Assembly: GCF_000142905.1 (NCBI RefSeq)
Contig: NW_013657622.1
Coordinates: forward strand, 124,001-188,000
Direction: 5' to 3'
Source of the DNA: Thecamonas trahens ATCC 50062
Taxonomy: Eukaryota > Protista > Apusomonadida
DNA length: 64,000 nt
Below are positions 33,652 through 45,277 of the stretch, in pieces. The position numbers were made by a program, and so were the translations under genes. Every line of letters begins with the position of its first letter. The stretch's first letter is position 1. The notes beneath the pieces were generated by a model. It was given only the letters and a program-made list of their open reading frames with translations, ran no database searches and was not told the origin of the DNA.

Positions 33652-35038
33652 TCGCACTGGCTGGCGACGGTCAGCACGCCGCTGCTCGCTCTCCGTGGGA
33701 TGTTCAGACTCGGCTCGTCACCGGCTCGGGGTTGTACTTTGGTGGCCATTATGTGCCTGGGAGGGGCATGGCCCAGCCATCGGTTCGTTGATGGAGAAGG
33801 GGGGGGGAGAGGGGGGAGAAAGGAAGGGGGGTGGGCATCAGAAGGGATGAAGGGGAGGAGGGGGGGGCTGGGGAAAGGGGGAGAGGGAGAGTTGGAAGCG
33901 GGGCCAAGGCTGGGATCGTCTTGCGCTCGTTACCCACAACTCACGACATTGTCTATGTGTGCAGGCACGTGAGACTGGCCCCCGCCCGCACGTGCAGGAG
34001 ACAGTTTCCATCGATGCGGGCGTGTACATCAACAAGGAGAGCCTGGCTGTGAGCGAGGACTCGACGTCGGGCCTCTACACCCTGTCCTTTGACTTTGATG
34101 CAGCGGTTGAGGGTACCATGGAGGTCTATCTGGCTGCCTCAGAGGAGCTGGCTGGCAACTCGCCGCTTCCGGTCATTGTCCATGCTGTTGTTGGCTCCGT
34201 CGCCGCCCGCCCAGCGCCCACCCCAGTCGCCTTTGGCCCGGGCCTCGGCCAGTCGTTTGAACTGCCGACGACTGACGGTCTGGACCTGGCGGCATATGAA
34301 GAGCTGGCGCCTGTGGCCGATGCCGATGGCGCCGGCGATGTCGACGACCATGCTGCGGCCGACGCCGACGTCGAGACCGGAGACTCTCCAGCAATCGTTT
34401 CAGTGCTGGCCCAGCTCCCGGAATCGGCCTCGTCGTCGCAGTCTGACGATGCTCGCCCGCGCATCTTTCCGCTGGTGGTGGTGGTGCGGACAAGCGGTGG
34501 TGCGGACGCTGTGCCTGCGGGAGGGACGGGAGAGGCTGAGAGCCTCCCGGTGCCTGCGGCGCCGCAGGTCCAGATCCTCTACGCCTCGCTCCGGCGATCG
34601 TCGTCAGGCGCGTACTCGGTCCGCACCCTCCGTCAGAAGCTGGTGGTTGGCAACGACGAGGTGTACCTGCTGCAGGATGTGTTCGGCCTCGACGCCGAGG
34701 AGGAGGATGGGACGACCGAGTGTGTGGTGTGCATGTCCGACCCGCGCGACACGCTTGTCCTGCCCTGCCGCCACATGTGTCTCTGCGGCGAGTGCGCCGA
34801 GGAGCTCCGCGTTCGCTCCTCGCGCTGCCCGATTTGCCGCACCCACTTTACCTCGCTTCTCTCCATTTCGGACCCGTCCAAGCCGGCGGCGGCTAGCGAT
34901 GGCTCCGAGGCGGAGCCCGATAACGGCGGCGACGATGGTGGCGACGACTCGCTGGCGTCGGATGACGACCTGCTGGCTGCTGCTCCGGTCTCCGACACCG
35001 ACGGCGAGGCTGGGCAGCCGCTCATCGAACTCTCTTAG
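33294..35038 (+). CDS. MGRN1/RNF157/LOG2-type RING E3 ubiquitin ligase; intron 33783..33964
   Basis: N-myristoylation-type start MGNQGS; SGLYFGGHY; VYINKESL...LSFDFDA; FGPGLGQSF; LRQKLVVGNDEVYLLQDVFG; C3HC4 RING ECVVCMSDPRDTLVLPCRHMCLCGECAEELRVRSSRCPICR. Confidence 0.9.
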
Positions 35039-35047
35039 ATGCGTGGT

Positions 35048-37334
35048 TTACACGTACTCGACGCGCAGAATAGTAAAGGCGAGTGTAAGCCCGTGAAGCG
35101 CGTTGGCTACAGCGACGGCCTCGTCCACCGAGGCCATGGTCACGGAAGCAACCTTGCCTCCGACCAGTGTCGAGGATACCACAGAGCCGCACGAGTCGGA
35201 GATGGCGGAAATGACGGCGGCGGCCGAGACGCAAAGCGCGGAATCGATTTTCTCGAGCGAGATGGCGAGCTCGGTTGTGGGTGTGCCGATGAGCTGGCAA
35301 ACGGTGGTGAGTGGTTCGAGTGAGGTGATGGAGGCGACGGCGTCGGCGTCGTCCGGCGCCACAGGCGAGAGCAGCGGCGGAAGATAGCTCAGCCGCGAGC
35401 CGTCGAGAGTCCAGCCTTCCTGGACCATGATCTCGCCGCGAAGCGCAGACTGGATGCCGCGGAGGATAGGAGCCGAGACGTAGGTCGACTCGATGATCGC
35501 GGCGTCGTCGCTGCTCGGCGAGGGGCGGCAAGGAGGCTGAGCGCGTTGAGCGGCGAGCCGCGGAGCGACGGGTGCAGCGGCGGGAGGACCGGCGGGTGGG
35601 AGGCCGTAACATCGACCGAGAGCGGAAGCATTTCGACGACGGTGGAAATGAGCGTCCGGCGGGCGGTGCGGTCGAGGACTGGCAAGCGGCCGTGGGTGGC
35701 GGCGTGGATCTGGGCAACCTGGGCAACGATGAGGCGCTGGACAAAAGCGAGCCAGGCGAGCTTGTGGCGCGGCTGCGAAGCGACGTTGAGCTGCTCGATG
35801 GCGGCGACGGCAACGACGCGAATGGCGAGAAGAAGGGCGCGGCTGGCATCGTGGGATGAGGCGTAGAGTGTGCTCCAGTTGCGGAGACAGATGTCGACGT
35901 CGCGGAGCGAGGGCAGGGAGCCCATGCTTCCGTTTTCGGAAAGAAACTCGTAGACAATAAAACGGACCTCGATGGGAAGCTTGCGGAGGATGTCGGCGGC
36001 GGTAGCGAGCTCGTGGCGGACTGTAGCTTCCTCGGCGGTAAAGACGGAGACACCCGAGGTGATGGCGCCGACAGCGCCAATAACCTCACCGGGCGGGACC
36101 GAGGCGGCGTAGAGCGGGGTCTGGACCACTTTTTCGAGCAATGCCCACATGCCAACCGAGGCACGAGCACACTTAAAGCGGGCATAGTACGCCATACGAA
36201 GCTGGTTGACATGGTGGAAGCCTGCATCAGCAATCTCGCGCATGCCCATAATTGACACGATCGACCCGTTCTCGGTCGTGGTCTGCGTCGGCGCGTACGG
36301 CACTGGCTGCACGGTGTCGTTGATCTTGAAGCTCGAGTGCGAGGCCGCCGGCGCCTGCTGCGCCGGCCTCGCCTCGCCACTGCGGAGTCGCTTCTGGGCC
36401 ATCGGCGACGACGGCTGCCGCAGACGGTCTACTGGAGTGGAAAGCGGATTCGAGAGGGAGGCAAGCATGGAGGAGGAGTGAGAGACGTTGTCGTCAAAGT
36501 CGAGCTGGCGATAGCGGCGGCCGATGGGCGCTGTCGCCGCCGAAGCGGTGTCCAGCATAATTGTCAGTGTGCCGGCGGCGATCACCATGTTGGTCTCGAT
36601 GAAGTTGACCAGCGGCTGGATGGCTGACAAGTCGGTCATGATCTTCTCCAGGGTGTCACGGGCAAGAGCGGCGTCGACGCCGCTGCCATCGTTACGGGAG
36701 GCGCAGACGACGCCGAAGCAATTGAGATTGTCAGCGAGTTCATCCCGGAACCTGTTTTGCTCGAAGAGCTGCGGGATGTTGTGTGAGTGGGGAGCGGGAG
36801 AAGGGAACGATTGCCAGTCGACGACCATGACTACGGAGACCAGCATGATGGCCAGCATGATGATTAGCATGATGACTAGGCCTGACGACCAGCCTGACGA
36901 CCAGCCTGACGACCAGCCTGACGACCAGCCTGACGACCAGCCTGACGACCAGCCTGACGACCAGCCTGACGACCAGCATGACGACCAGCCTGACGACCAG
37001 CCTGACGACCAGCATGATGACCAGCCTGACGACCAGCATGATGACCAGCCTGACGACCAGCCTGACGACCAGCCTGACGACCAGCATGATGACCAGCCTG
37101 ACGACCAGCCTGACGACCAGCATGATGACCAGCCTGACGACCAGCCTGACGACCAGCATGACGACCAGCATGATGACCAGCCTGACGACCAGCATGACGA
37201 CCAGCATGATGACCAGCCTGACGACGTTCGTCCATGTGGTTGACCGAGTGGACGACTGCGTTGTAGGTGACGGCGTTCTGAGTGACCAACTCGGAGAGGA
37301 TGTACAACCAGGCCTGCTTGCGGAGGATGGACAT
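35048..37334 (-). CDS. Uncharacterised protein (GLEBS-like motif, helical middle, C-terminal RRM-like domain); probable intron ending at 36769; apparent frameshift at ~35523
   Basis: Coding-like frame from 36768 (cag|LFEQNRFR) joins the 35048 frame after one added C. C-terminal GKVASVTMASVDEAVAVANALHGLTLAFTILRVEYV is RRM-like. The first exon and its donor site are uncertain. Confidence 0.55.
36881..37225. repeat. 12-bp minisatellite C(C/A)TGA(C/T)GACCAG, about 28 copies
   Basis: Tandem array, probably intronic. Confidence 0.95.
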
Positions 37335-37873
37335 GGTGCTGGGTGCTTGGTATGGTCCTTCTCTCTCTCTCTACACACACACACGCACACACACGCGTGC
37401 ACGCACACAGTGGGGTGTATGTGGTGGTGGTAGTGGTGGTGGTAGTGGGAGGGGAGGGGAGGTGCCTGTCGCATTGGTGGTGATCGATCGGAGAGTGATC
37501 GATCGGAGAGTGATCGATCGCTGGGTGGGGAAGGTGAGGGGGGAAGGGGGGGGGGGTGATGGAGATGATGGGAACGATGGGGATGGTGGGGGTCACGGTT
37601 GTGAGACATTCCCCCTCCCTCCCTCCCCCCCCCCCCCCCCCCACCTCAAACTCCATGACCATATCCAAGTTGATCCTGCATCATCACATCCATCCCCCTA
37701 CCCCCCCCCCCCCCTCCTCTCCCTCTTCCCTGTCGCCATCATCACCCATAGTTGGGCGCCAAAGCGACAGACCGTGTCGGCGACGGGCGAACGACCACTG
37801 GACGACAACCACCGGACGACCACCACCACCAGATGACCACCAGACGACCACTCCTCTCCCCCTCCCCAACCTC

Positions 37874-40800
37874 ATGCCAGCACTTACCGAGGCATACACA
37901 GTGCGGCTAAAGGAGTGTGCCTCTACTGTGTATGCCCAGTACAAGGAGTTCAAGAGGAGGGCTGCCGAGGCTGTCGAGTCCGGTCAGCCTGCTTCGGATG
38001 CGGTGTACGTTGTGATGGACATGGGGGAGGGGAGGAGGAGGAGGGGGGCGTTGATGGTTGATGGTGGTGGAGGATCATGGTCATGGTGGTGATGGTGTTC
38101 GAAGTCATGGTTGTGGTGATGGTGATCGCGATCATGGTTGTGATCGCGATCATGGTTGTGGTGATGGTGATCGCGATCATGGCTGTGGTCATGGTGATCG
38201 CGATCATGGTTGTGGTGATGGTGATCGCGATCATGGTTGTGGTGATGGTGATCGCGATCATGGTTGTGATCGCGATCATGGTTGTGGTGATGGTGATCGC
38301 GATCATGGTTGTGGTGATGGTGATCGCAATCATGGTTGTGGTGATGGTGATCGCGATCATGGTTATGGTCATGGTGATCGCGATCATGGTTGTGGTGATG
38401 GTGATCGCGATCATGGTTGTGGTGATGGTGATCGCGACCATGGTTGTGGTCATAGTATGGTGGCGTACCCGTGATTGCACACGTGGCTGCACCCATGGGC
38501 GATCATGGGCATGTTGATCCGGATCACGCTTAGGCTTGCACTCCCAACTCACTTGCGCCCCTCCGCAGTGCCACATCGCTGGTAGAGCCGTTCAAGGACG
38601 TAGCCAAGACACTGAATCGCCTTGCGGGAACAAAAGGCGTGCCAGCCAAGATCATCAAGGCCCGCTCAAAGGTGGAGAAGGCTATCAACACATTCATTGA
38701 CGCGCTGACTACCGCCGGCACGCCTGTCATCTTTGGCTCGGAGATCACGGCGGCTCTGGGCGGCTTCCTCGGCTCGGTCATCGCCCTCGAATCCCTGCCT
38801 CCCGAGCCAACGCCAGAGGAGCTTGACACACACGATGGCGTGCTGCGGCATGTGGCTGCCTCGGAGATCCTGGCGGCCGCCTTTGAGAGCCTTGCTGCTG
38901 CTCCCGACCTCGAACGCAAGTCATTCTCCAGCTCCAACAGGCTGTCGACCCCTGCCGGCTCGGTCGATCTCGGCGGCTCGTCGGTTGCCGACGCTTCTCT
39001 TTGCGACTTTTACTCCACCACTCTTGTCGAGTACGGTCGGGCCCTGCTCGACGCCCACCGGACCTCGCTCTCCACGCGGCTGATGGAGTCGTCGCCTGAT
39101 CTCGCCCGCCCGCTCCTTGCCCGGTTCAGGCTCTCTCCGACGCGCTCGTCGCCTACCACAGCGGAATGGACGCGTCGACGCCGCTCACTACAGCATGGGC
39201 TCCGCTCGCCATTGCCTTTGGCGATCTCGAAGCGGTGCTCGTCACTCTTTCGACCTCGTCCGAGCTCTGCGCCGCACACGCCCGCAGACTCTCGTCCTCG
39301 CTCGCCGCTGTCGCCGACTCGGTTCTCGCTCGGCCTGGGACCCCGTCGCCGGCGGTCTCGGATGCCGAGCTTGAGCATATGAGCACGCTCTCAACACTCT
39401 GCGAGCATGCCCTCGCCGCTGCCCTTCTCAAGCCGGTCACCAAGATGGACTCGGCCATCGACTCGATGGGCACAGACATCTCCAAATTGCTTGTCGCCCA
39501 GTATGCTTTCAACGCCACGGAGACCAACGAGATCTCCTTTGAGGCCAACGAGGTCATTACCCTCATCTCAAAGGTTGACGAGCATTGGTGGATCGGCCAA
39601 AAGGCTTCTGGCGAGCGCGGCATGTTCCCCTCCGACTACACCGTGTGGTACAAGGACGCGCTTGCCGGCCTCGCCGCCGACGACGCCACCTCGGCACCTC
39701 TGCCGTCTGTTGGTCCGTCGCCGCGTCTTGCGGCCTCCATCTCTCACTCGCGTGTCGTCCATCCACCGACCCGCGCCGATCCACACCTGCAGCTTCAGGC
39801 TGTCTCGATCGACGGCATCGATGTCGGATCCGGCGGCGAGGCCTTTGCTGTCCGCCTCATCGAGAGCGACACTAGCTCGGGTGCCCGGCTTGCGGCCTCG
39901 CGCCATGACATGATCGACAACGGCGACGGGACGTACGATCTTGATCTGGCGCCGCTCCTTGGCCACACCAGCTCATCGTACACGGTCGAGGTCCAGCTCG
40001 ACGGCACAACGCTTGAAGCACCCCACGCAACGGTTGTCCTTGCGCCGACTGCTCACGAGCTGTCGCCGCGACTCGAGGTTGTCTACTCGCAGATCAAGGA
40101 TATGGCGACGCGGTTCTACAGCGAAAAGTACAAGGCGCTCAAGAAGGGAAGCGGGTCGAATCCCAAGACGCGACTGCTCCGCGATCCGGCCCGCGATGTG
40201 GCGTCGGTGCTCAACAAGCTCGGCTCGGCCAACGAGTCGCTTGCCAAGCTTGCCAAGGGCTGGACACGGCTCGACAGCGCTCTGGCTGCCTTTGCCGATG
40301 CTGCCGATGCCCTCGCCGCTGACACTGCCTCCGCCAACATTCCGCCGGTGTACGTACAGGGCGTGGCCGACTTTGCCACCTCGGTCCGCGCTGCGTACAC
40401 CAACCTGACCGCTGCCAATAGCGCCATGTTTGCCTCGAACGCTATCCCGCCGCTGCCGCTACAGGAGACCCATATGGAGGCCATGCTCTCGCTCGGGCGG
40501 CTGCTGCTCTCGATGGACGTCTCGCCGCTGCCGCGACCCGGTGAGAGCGCGCCGCGGCCGACGACCGAGCTCTCGCTGGCGATCCTTGACGCCTATCGCC
40601 ACCTTGCTGACGTGGCGCGGGCGTTCCGCGGCGAGCTTGACGTCCACGGCGCGGCAGCAAGCGCTGCGTCAGACACGCTGGCCGAGGTGGTCAAGCGGCT
40701 GCGGGCGTGTGCCGCCAACTGCGCGCCCATTGCTTCAACTGACGGCAAGCCTGCAGCTGTTGCCTCAGCTTGGCCTGCCCTGGAGCACACCGTCACCGCC

Positions 40801-43800
40801 CTCGTTGACGCCGTGGATGCCGAGCCGCTGCTTGCCGACTACGCCGCGCCGGTCCGCGCCGCCTGGCACCGGCTCTCGGCCTCGTTTGGCGTCTATCACG
40901 CTGCAGCAGGCAGCGCTCCGCCACCCGAGGCCGTGCAGGCTGAACATGCCGCCGCCCTTACCTCGTGGGCTGACGTCCTTGTCTCAGCCGACCTTCCGGC
41001 ATGGACGTCAGCTCTCGCACCGCCGGCCAGCGATCACGATGACGACGACCACGGCGACAACGGCGCTGCCGATAGCGAGACGCCGCCTGCGGCCGAGGGT
41101 CATCCGGAGGTCCAGGTGCCTACGTCAATGGCAGAGCCCGTCAAGGGTGGCGATGACGAGGTGTTCAACGAGGCGCTGCCGTTTCTTGCGGTGGCGTACG
41201 AGGCGCTTGACGACGTGGCACTCGATGTGTACTCGCAGTACAAGGCGGCCAAGTCGTACGCGGACGACGCCGAGTCGGGCATTGACACCGAGGCGCTGGC
41301 GTTGGTCATCGGACCCATCCGCGAAGCGGCGTCGGTAACGCGCAAGTGCCTCAAAAAGTCAGCCGGCTCGTTCACCAAGCTTGAGCGCAAGTGGCCGCAG
41401 GCCGAGTCGGCGTACCTCGACCTCATTGACGCCATGCACGAGCTCGGAACCGGCTCGCTCCCGCAGATGGCCAACATGCTGCAGGCGGCGCTTGATCGGC
41501 TGGCGACGTCGGTGATGGACGTCACGTCGCGGCCGAGCTCGCTGGCCGAACAGCAGCGACACGCCCAGCTTCTCGAGGCGTTCGGCTCGTCGCTCTCCGA
41601 GTCTGCGGCAGGTGTGGTGGACCAGGTGTGCGCTGCGGTGCTGACGCCGAGGCACGGCGTGCCAGCGTCGTCGCCGGCAGAGTCACCACAGCCAGAGGCT
41701 CTGGCCGCGAGCACCGGCCTGCCGCCACCACCGCCACCGCTCACGACCGCGCCTGCAGCAGAGGCTGTTGTGGTGACAGCGGTGACAGTCGAGACGGACG
41801 AGGCAGATGGTGCGCCTAGCGTTTCCGGCGGGGCACTGCCACCGCCGCCACCGCCAATGGCCGCCACCGATCCGGCCGATGGTCGCGATGGCGCTGGTGG
41901 CCAGAGTGCCGACGACGGCGATGGCATCCTGAGTGACGACCTCGATGACTTACTCGGTGACATCGAGATTGGGACCGAGGAGGAGGCTGCGCTGGCGGCG
42001 GAAGACTTTGATGCTCTGGTCAATGGCAACATCCAGCTGAGCGAAGATGCGGAAGAGGTTGCGGGGATCAGGACGGACGGCAAGAGCGGCGACGAGCTCG
42101 GCCTGCTGCTGGAGACTGGAGACGAGCTGGGTCTCCTCGAGTCTGATGGGATTCTGGAGTTTGGTCTCAGCACCGGCGGCGGAAGCGACGACGTCGTGCT
42201 TGTGTCGGACGCCGTGCTCGACGAGCTCTCGCAGCTTGATGGGATGGACGCAGCCGGGCTTGATGCGCAAATTCGGCTGCTGGAGTACAAGCCGCCGTCT
42301 GAAGTCCAGACATTGTTCCCAGAGGAGGACGACTACTTTGCGACAACGCAGCTGCCTTTCTATGCGGCGCGGGCGTTGCTCTTCCTCCGGCACAATGACG
42401 AGTGGCGAGTGCTTCTGCGGCACGTGGCGCATACCCGGGCCTTTGTGCTCTTCCTCAAGTTTGTTGTGGGTGTGCCTGTGCCTGTGATGGGCCGGCTGGT
42501 GATGCGCGGCGACGTGCCTGTTGACTTTGTGATGTTTGAGCTTGGACGAGCGATGTCAAACGGCGAGCTGAAGCTGCTTGCCGGCTCGACGTTGGAGGAG
42601 ATCTTTGCGGCGTATGTGCGGGCGTCGCCAGAGCACAGCGACCCGCTGGGGCGACCAAGGCTTGCCGTCAAGTGCGCACGGAGCTTTTGGCGGCGGGCGC
42701 GAGCTGTAGTGGCGGGACGGGCAGCATCGCTGCTGCGCAGCCGCGGCGACGGGCGCGACGCGAACCACGCAACGTCGTGGGCGTTGCCGCGGCCGGTCCG
42801 CGAGATCCACGGACATGCGAGCGAACAGGCGCGACAGAGACTGGCGGAGACGGAGCGCGAGCGTGTGGTGCTCCAGGAGAGCGTGGCGGGCCGGACGATG
42901 GCGACAGAGTCTGAGGCATCGTTTGCGGCGTCGCAGTCTGCGCTAGATCCTGTCCACGACGCCGAGGCCAAGCGCGGGCTGGCGGGTGCCCTGGCGTCTG
43001 TCCGTCGGGAGACCGGGTTTGCGGGCAAGGTGCGGACGATTGACAACGAGTTTGGCGAGCCGCTGCCGTCGCTTGTGCAGCCGTCGAGCGAAACGTTGCT
43101 CCACCTGCTACAGGTGCCCAGCGAGGAAGTGGAGGAGGCCGCGCTGGAGCGGATGGTGGCGACAAAGCCGAGCGGCGTCGAGGCGGATGCGGCTGAGGCT
43201 GCTGATGGCATGCAGTGGTTCCCAGTGAGCAAGGCGCTAGAGCTCCTCGAGCTGCGGGGCAAGACGGCGGCGGACGATCTTGAGTCGCTGATGCTGGCGG
43301 ACTCGCTTATCTCGTCGCTGGATAGCGATGCGGTTGTGGCGGCGCTCCCGTCGTCGCCGGAGCTGCTTTCGTTTACGGTCCGCGGGATGGCTGCAGTGGC
43401 GGCCGAGTTTGCAAACGCTGTGGGGAGCGGGAAGTACCTGTACGGAACGTGTTTCAAGTACACACTGGAGGCGCTGGGTACTGCGCCGCGTGCGGAGGTC
43501 TCGCGGAGCGAGCTTGTAGGAGGTGACGAGAGCGAGTCTGTCATTTCTGGCGGCGACGGGCTCACGCGGCGGTTTGCGGTGAGCGTGAGCTGGTCGCCGG
43601 CCAAGTCGACGTCGAAGCTTGTGCTGCAGCGGGTGAGCGATGGGCGACTGTTTGGGTGCGGGGCGCGGCTTGTGGGTCGCGAGCTTGTGCGGCTGAGCGG
43701 GGCGGGCGCGTCGCCGCATGCGCCGCTGAAGCTGATGGCGCTTGCGCTGGTCACGCTCGCGATGGACTACCGGTTTCTGGTGTGGCGCGGGTCTGCTGCA

Positions 43801-44193
43801 CGGACGGCGGCGATGCCGCATCACCCGCCAAACACATTGCCATGGAGTGAGGGCCGGAGCGCGAGCGACGCGCACAAGGTGCTTAAGGGCGGGCTCGGGC
43901 GGTGGATCAAGTTGCAGGCGGCGATGCACTTTGGGGCTGCGGCGCCGGTGGCACCGCCTCGGCTCGGCCTGGTCCAGGCGCAGGCAGCGCGGGCGGCACG
44001 CAAGGCGCGGGCGGCGCTGCGGCGCAAGGCTGTCCGCAGACGCAAGACCAAGTGGCACAAGTACTGGCAGCACAGCGGGATCGAGCCGCGAGCGGATGCC
44101 AACCTCGATGCGCTGGACGAGGCGCTCGGCGGCGAGGGCGGCGACGAGTCGAGCCTGGATGACTCTGAGCTTGCCGATGATGAGTGGGAGTAA
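37874..44193 (+). CDS. Large (~1900 aa) SH3 + filamin-Ig + polyproline protein with an acidic DDEWE C-terminus; intron 38005..38568; apparent frameshift at ~39121
   Basis: Phase-2 intron gtacgt...cag; SH3 AQYAFNATETNEISFEANEVITLISKVDEHWWIG...GMFPSDY; filamin-like GGEAFAVRL...DNGDGTYDL...YTVEVQLDG; two LPPPPPP tracts. Confidence 0.8.
38106..38452. repeat. Intronic 27-bp minisatellite carrying the palindrome TGATCGCGATCA
   Basis: About 13 copies of GTGATCGCGATCATGGTTGTGGTGATG, with 18-bp variants. Confidence 0.93.
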
Positions 44194-44250
44194 AGCAGAG
44201 GGCAGCCAGGCAGGCCAAGTTTACCGCTCGAGCAATGCGTGTGCTCTGCA

Positions 44251-44826
44251 TCAGTTTGCCACGTGATCAAAGTAGGCGTCGCAGCCAGATGCGCATGCGC
44301 GAGCGCACTTGTGCGGCTCTGTGGAGCCGCGGAGCTCTTCGGAGACGTCACAGGAGACGGAGCAGACTTCGTAGCAGCCCTCGCGCATGGCGTGGATGAT
44401 CTTGTTCATCTGGGCCTGAATGGCATCTGTCTCTTCCCCATTGTACACGATGGCATCGTTGTCAGGCGAGGCGATGTCGAGGACGGCCTTGAGCGAGTCC
44501 TCGGTCATGTACGACGACGGCCGTGCGGCGAGAGTGCAGCCTGCCATACAGGCGACCTTGAATTGTGCCATCTTCTCGTAGTGCTTGCCCTTGCCCCGCG
44601 CGCCTCGCATCAGCCGTTGCATGTATCTGTGATGAGGCGGTGTGAGTGTGAGTGTGAGTGTGAGTGTGAGTGTGAGTGTGAGTGTGAGTGTGAGTGTGAG
44701 TGTGATGAGTGCGGTGATGGTGATGGTGGTGGGTGGTGGTGGTCCGTACCGAGAGGGATTGCAGGTGAGGGCACATTGCTCACGCAGCAGAGCAGCAGCA
44801 ATGTTATGGTCGAGCTCAGTAGCCAT
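44251..44826 (-). CDS. Small cysteine-rich protein (repeated CX3C); intron 44627..44749 containing (CACACT)n
   Basis: In-frame gtacgg...cag intron removes the TL-repeat; motifs CALTC, CMAGC, CYEVCSVSC, CARACASGC. Confidence 0.65.
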   Translation of the reverse strand: MATELDHNIAAALLREQCALTCNPSRYGPPPPTTITITALITLTLTLTLTLTLTLTLTLTLTPPHHRYMQRLMRGARGKGKHYEKMAQFKVACMAGCTLAARPSSYMTEDSLKAVLDIASPDNDAIVYNGEETDAIQAQMNKIIHAMREGCYEVCSVSCDVSEELRGSTEPHKCARACASGCDAYFDHVAN

Positions 44827-45000
44827 GGCAGTATGTCAGAGGAGTGTGTGGCCTTGGCCTTGGTTTTGTTCTCTGTCAAAGTGGTTGAAATGGAATGTCA
44901 GGCAAGCGAACAGTGCCGCCGCGGGCAGGAGGCTGCCGTTGGCCAGGCGGCTGCTCGTGGCTGGCGTCGGATAGCACCTGCGCGTGCTTGGGGGTCGGCG

Positions 45001-45132
45001 GTCCGATTGCGTCTGCGCAGAAGATGGGTAGCACAATCTGCACGTATGTGCCCTGGTCCGATTGCGTCTGCGCAGAAGATGGGTAGCACAATCTGCACGT
45101 ATGTGCCCTGGTCCGATTGCGTCTGCGCAGAA
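45001..45132. repeat. 55-bp direct repeat x2.4 in the divergent promoter region
   Basis: GTCCGATTGCGTCTGCGCAGAA... starts at 45001, 45056 and 45111. Confidence 0.92.
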
Positions 45133-45277
45133 ATCTCATTCCAAGCCACGCCCCACCTCCAGCGAACAACGGCAGAACCCTCTCCCCTTTCCACCCTCTC
45201 CACACCATTTCCTTCCACTGCACTCCCACCACTCTCCCCCCCTCCCCTCCCCCTCCCCCTCCCCCCTCCCATCTGCA

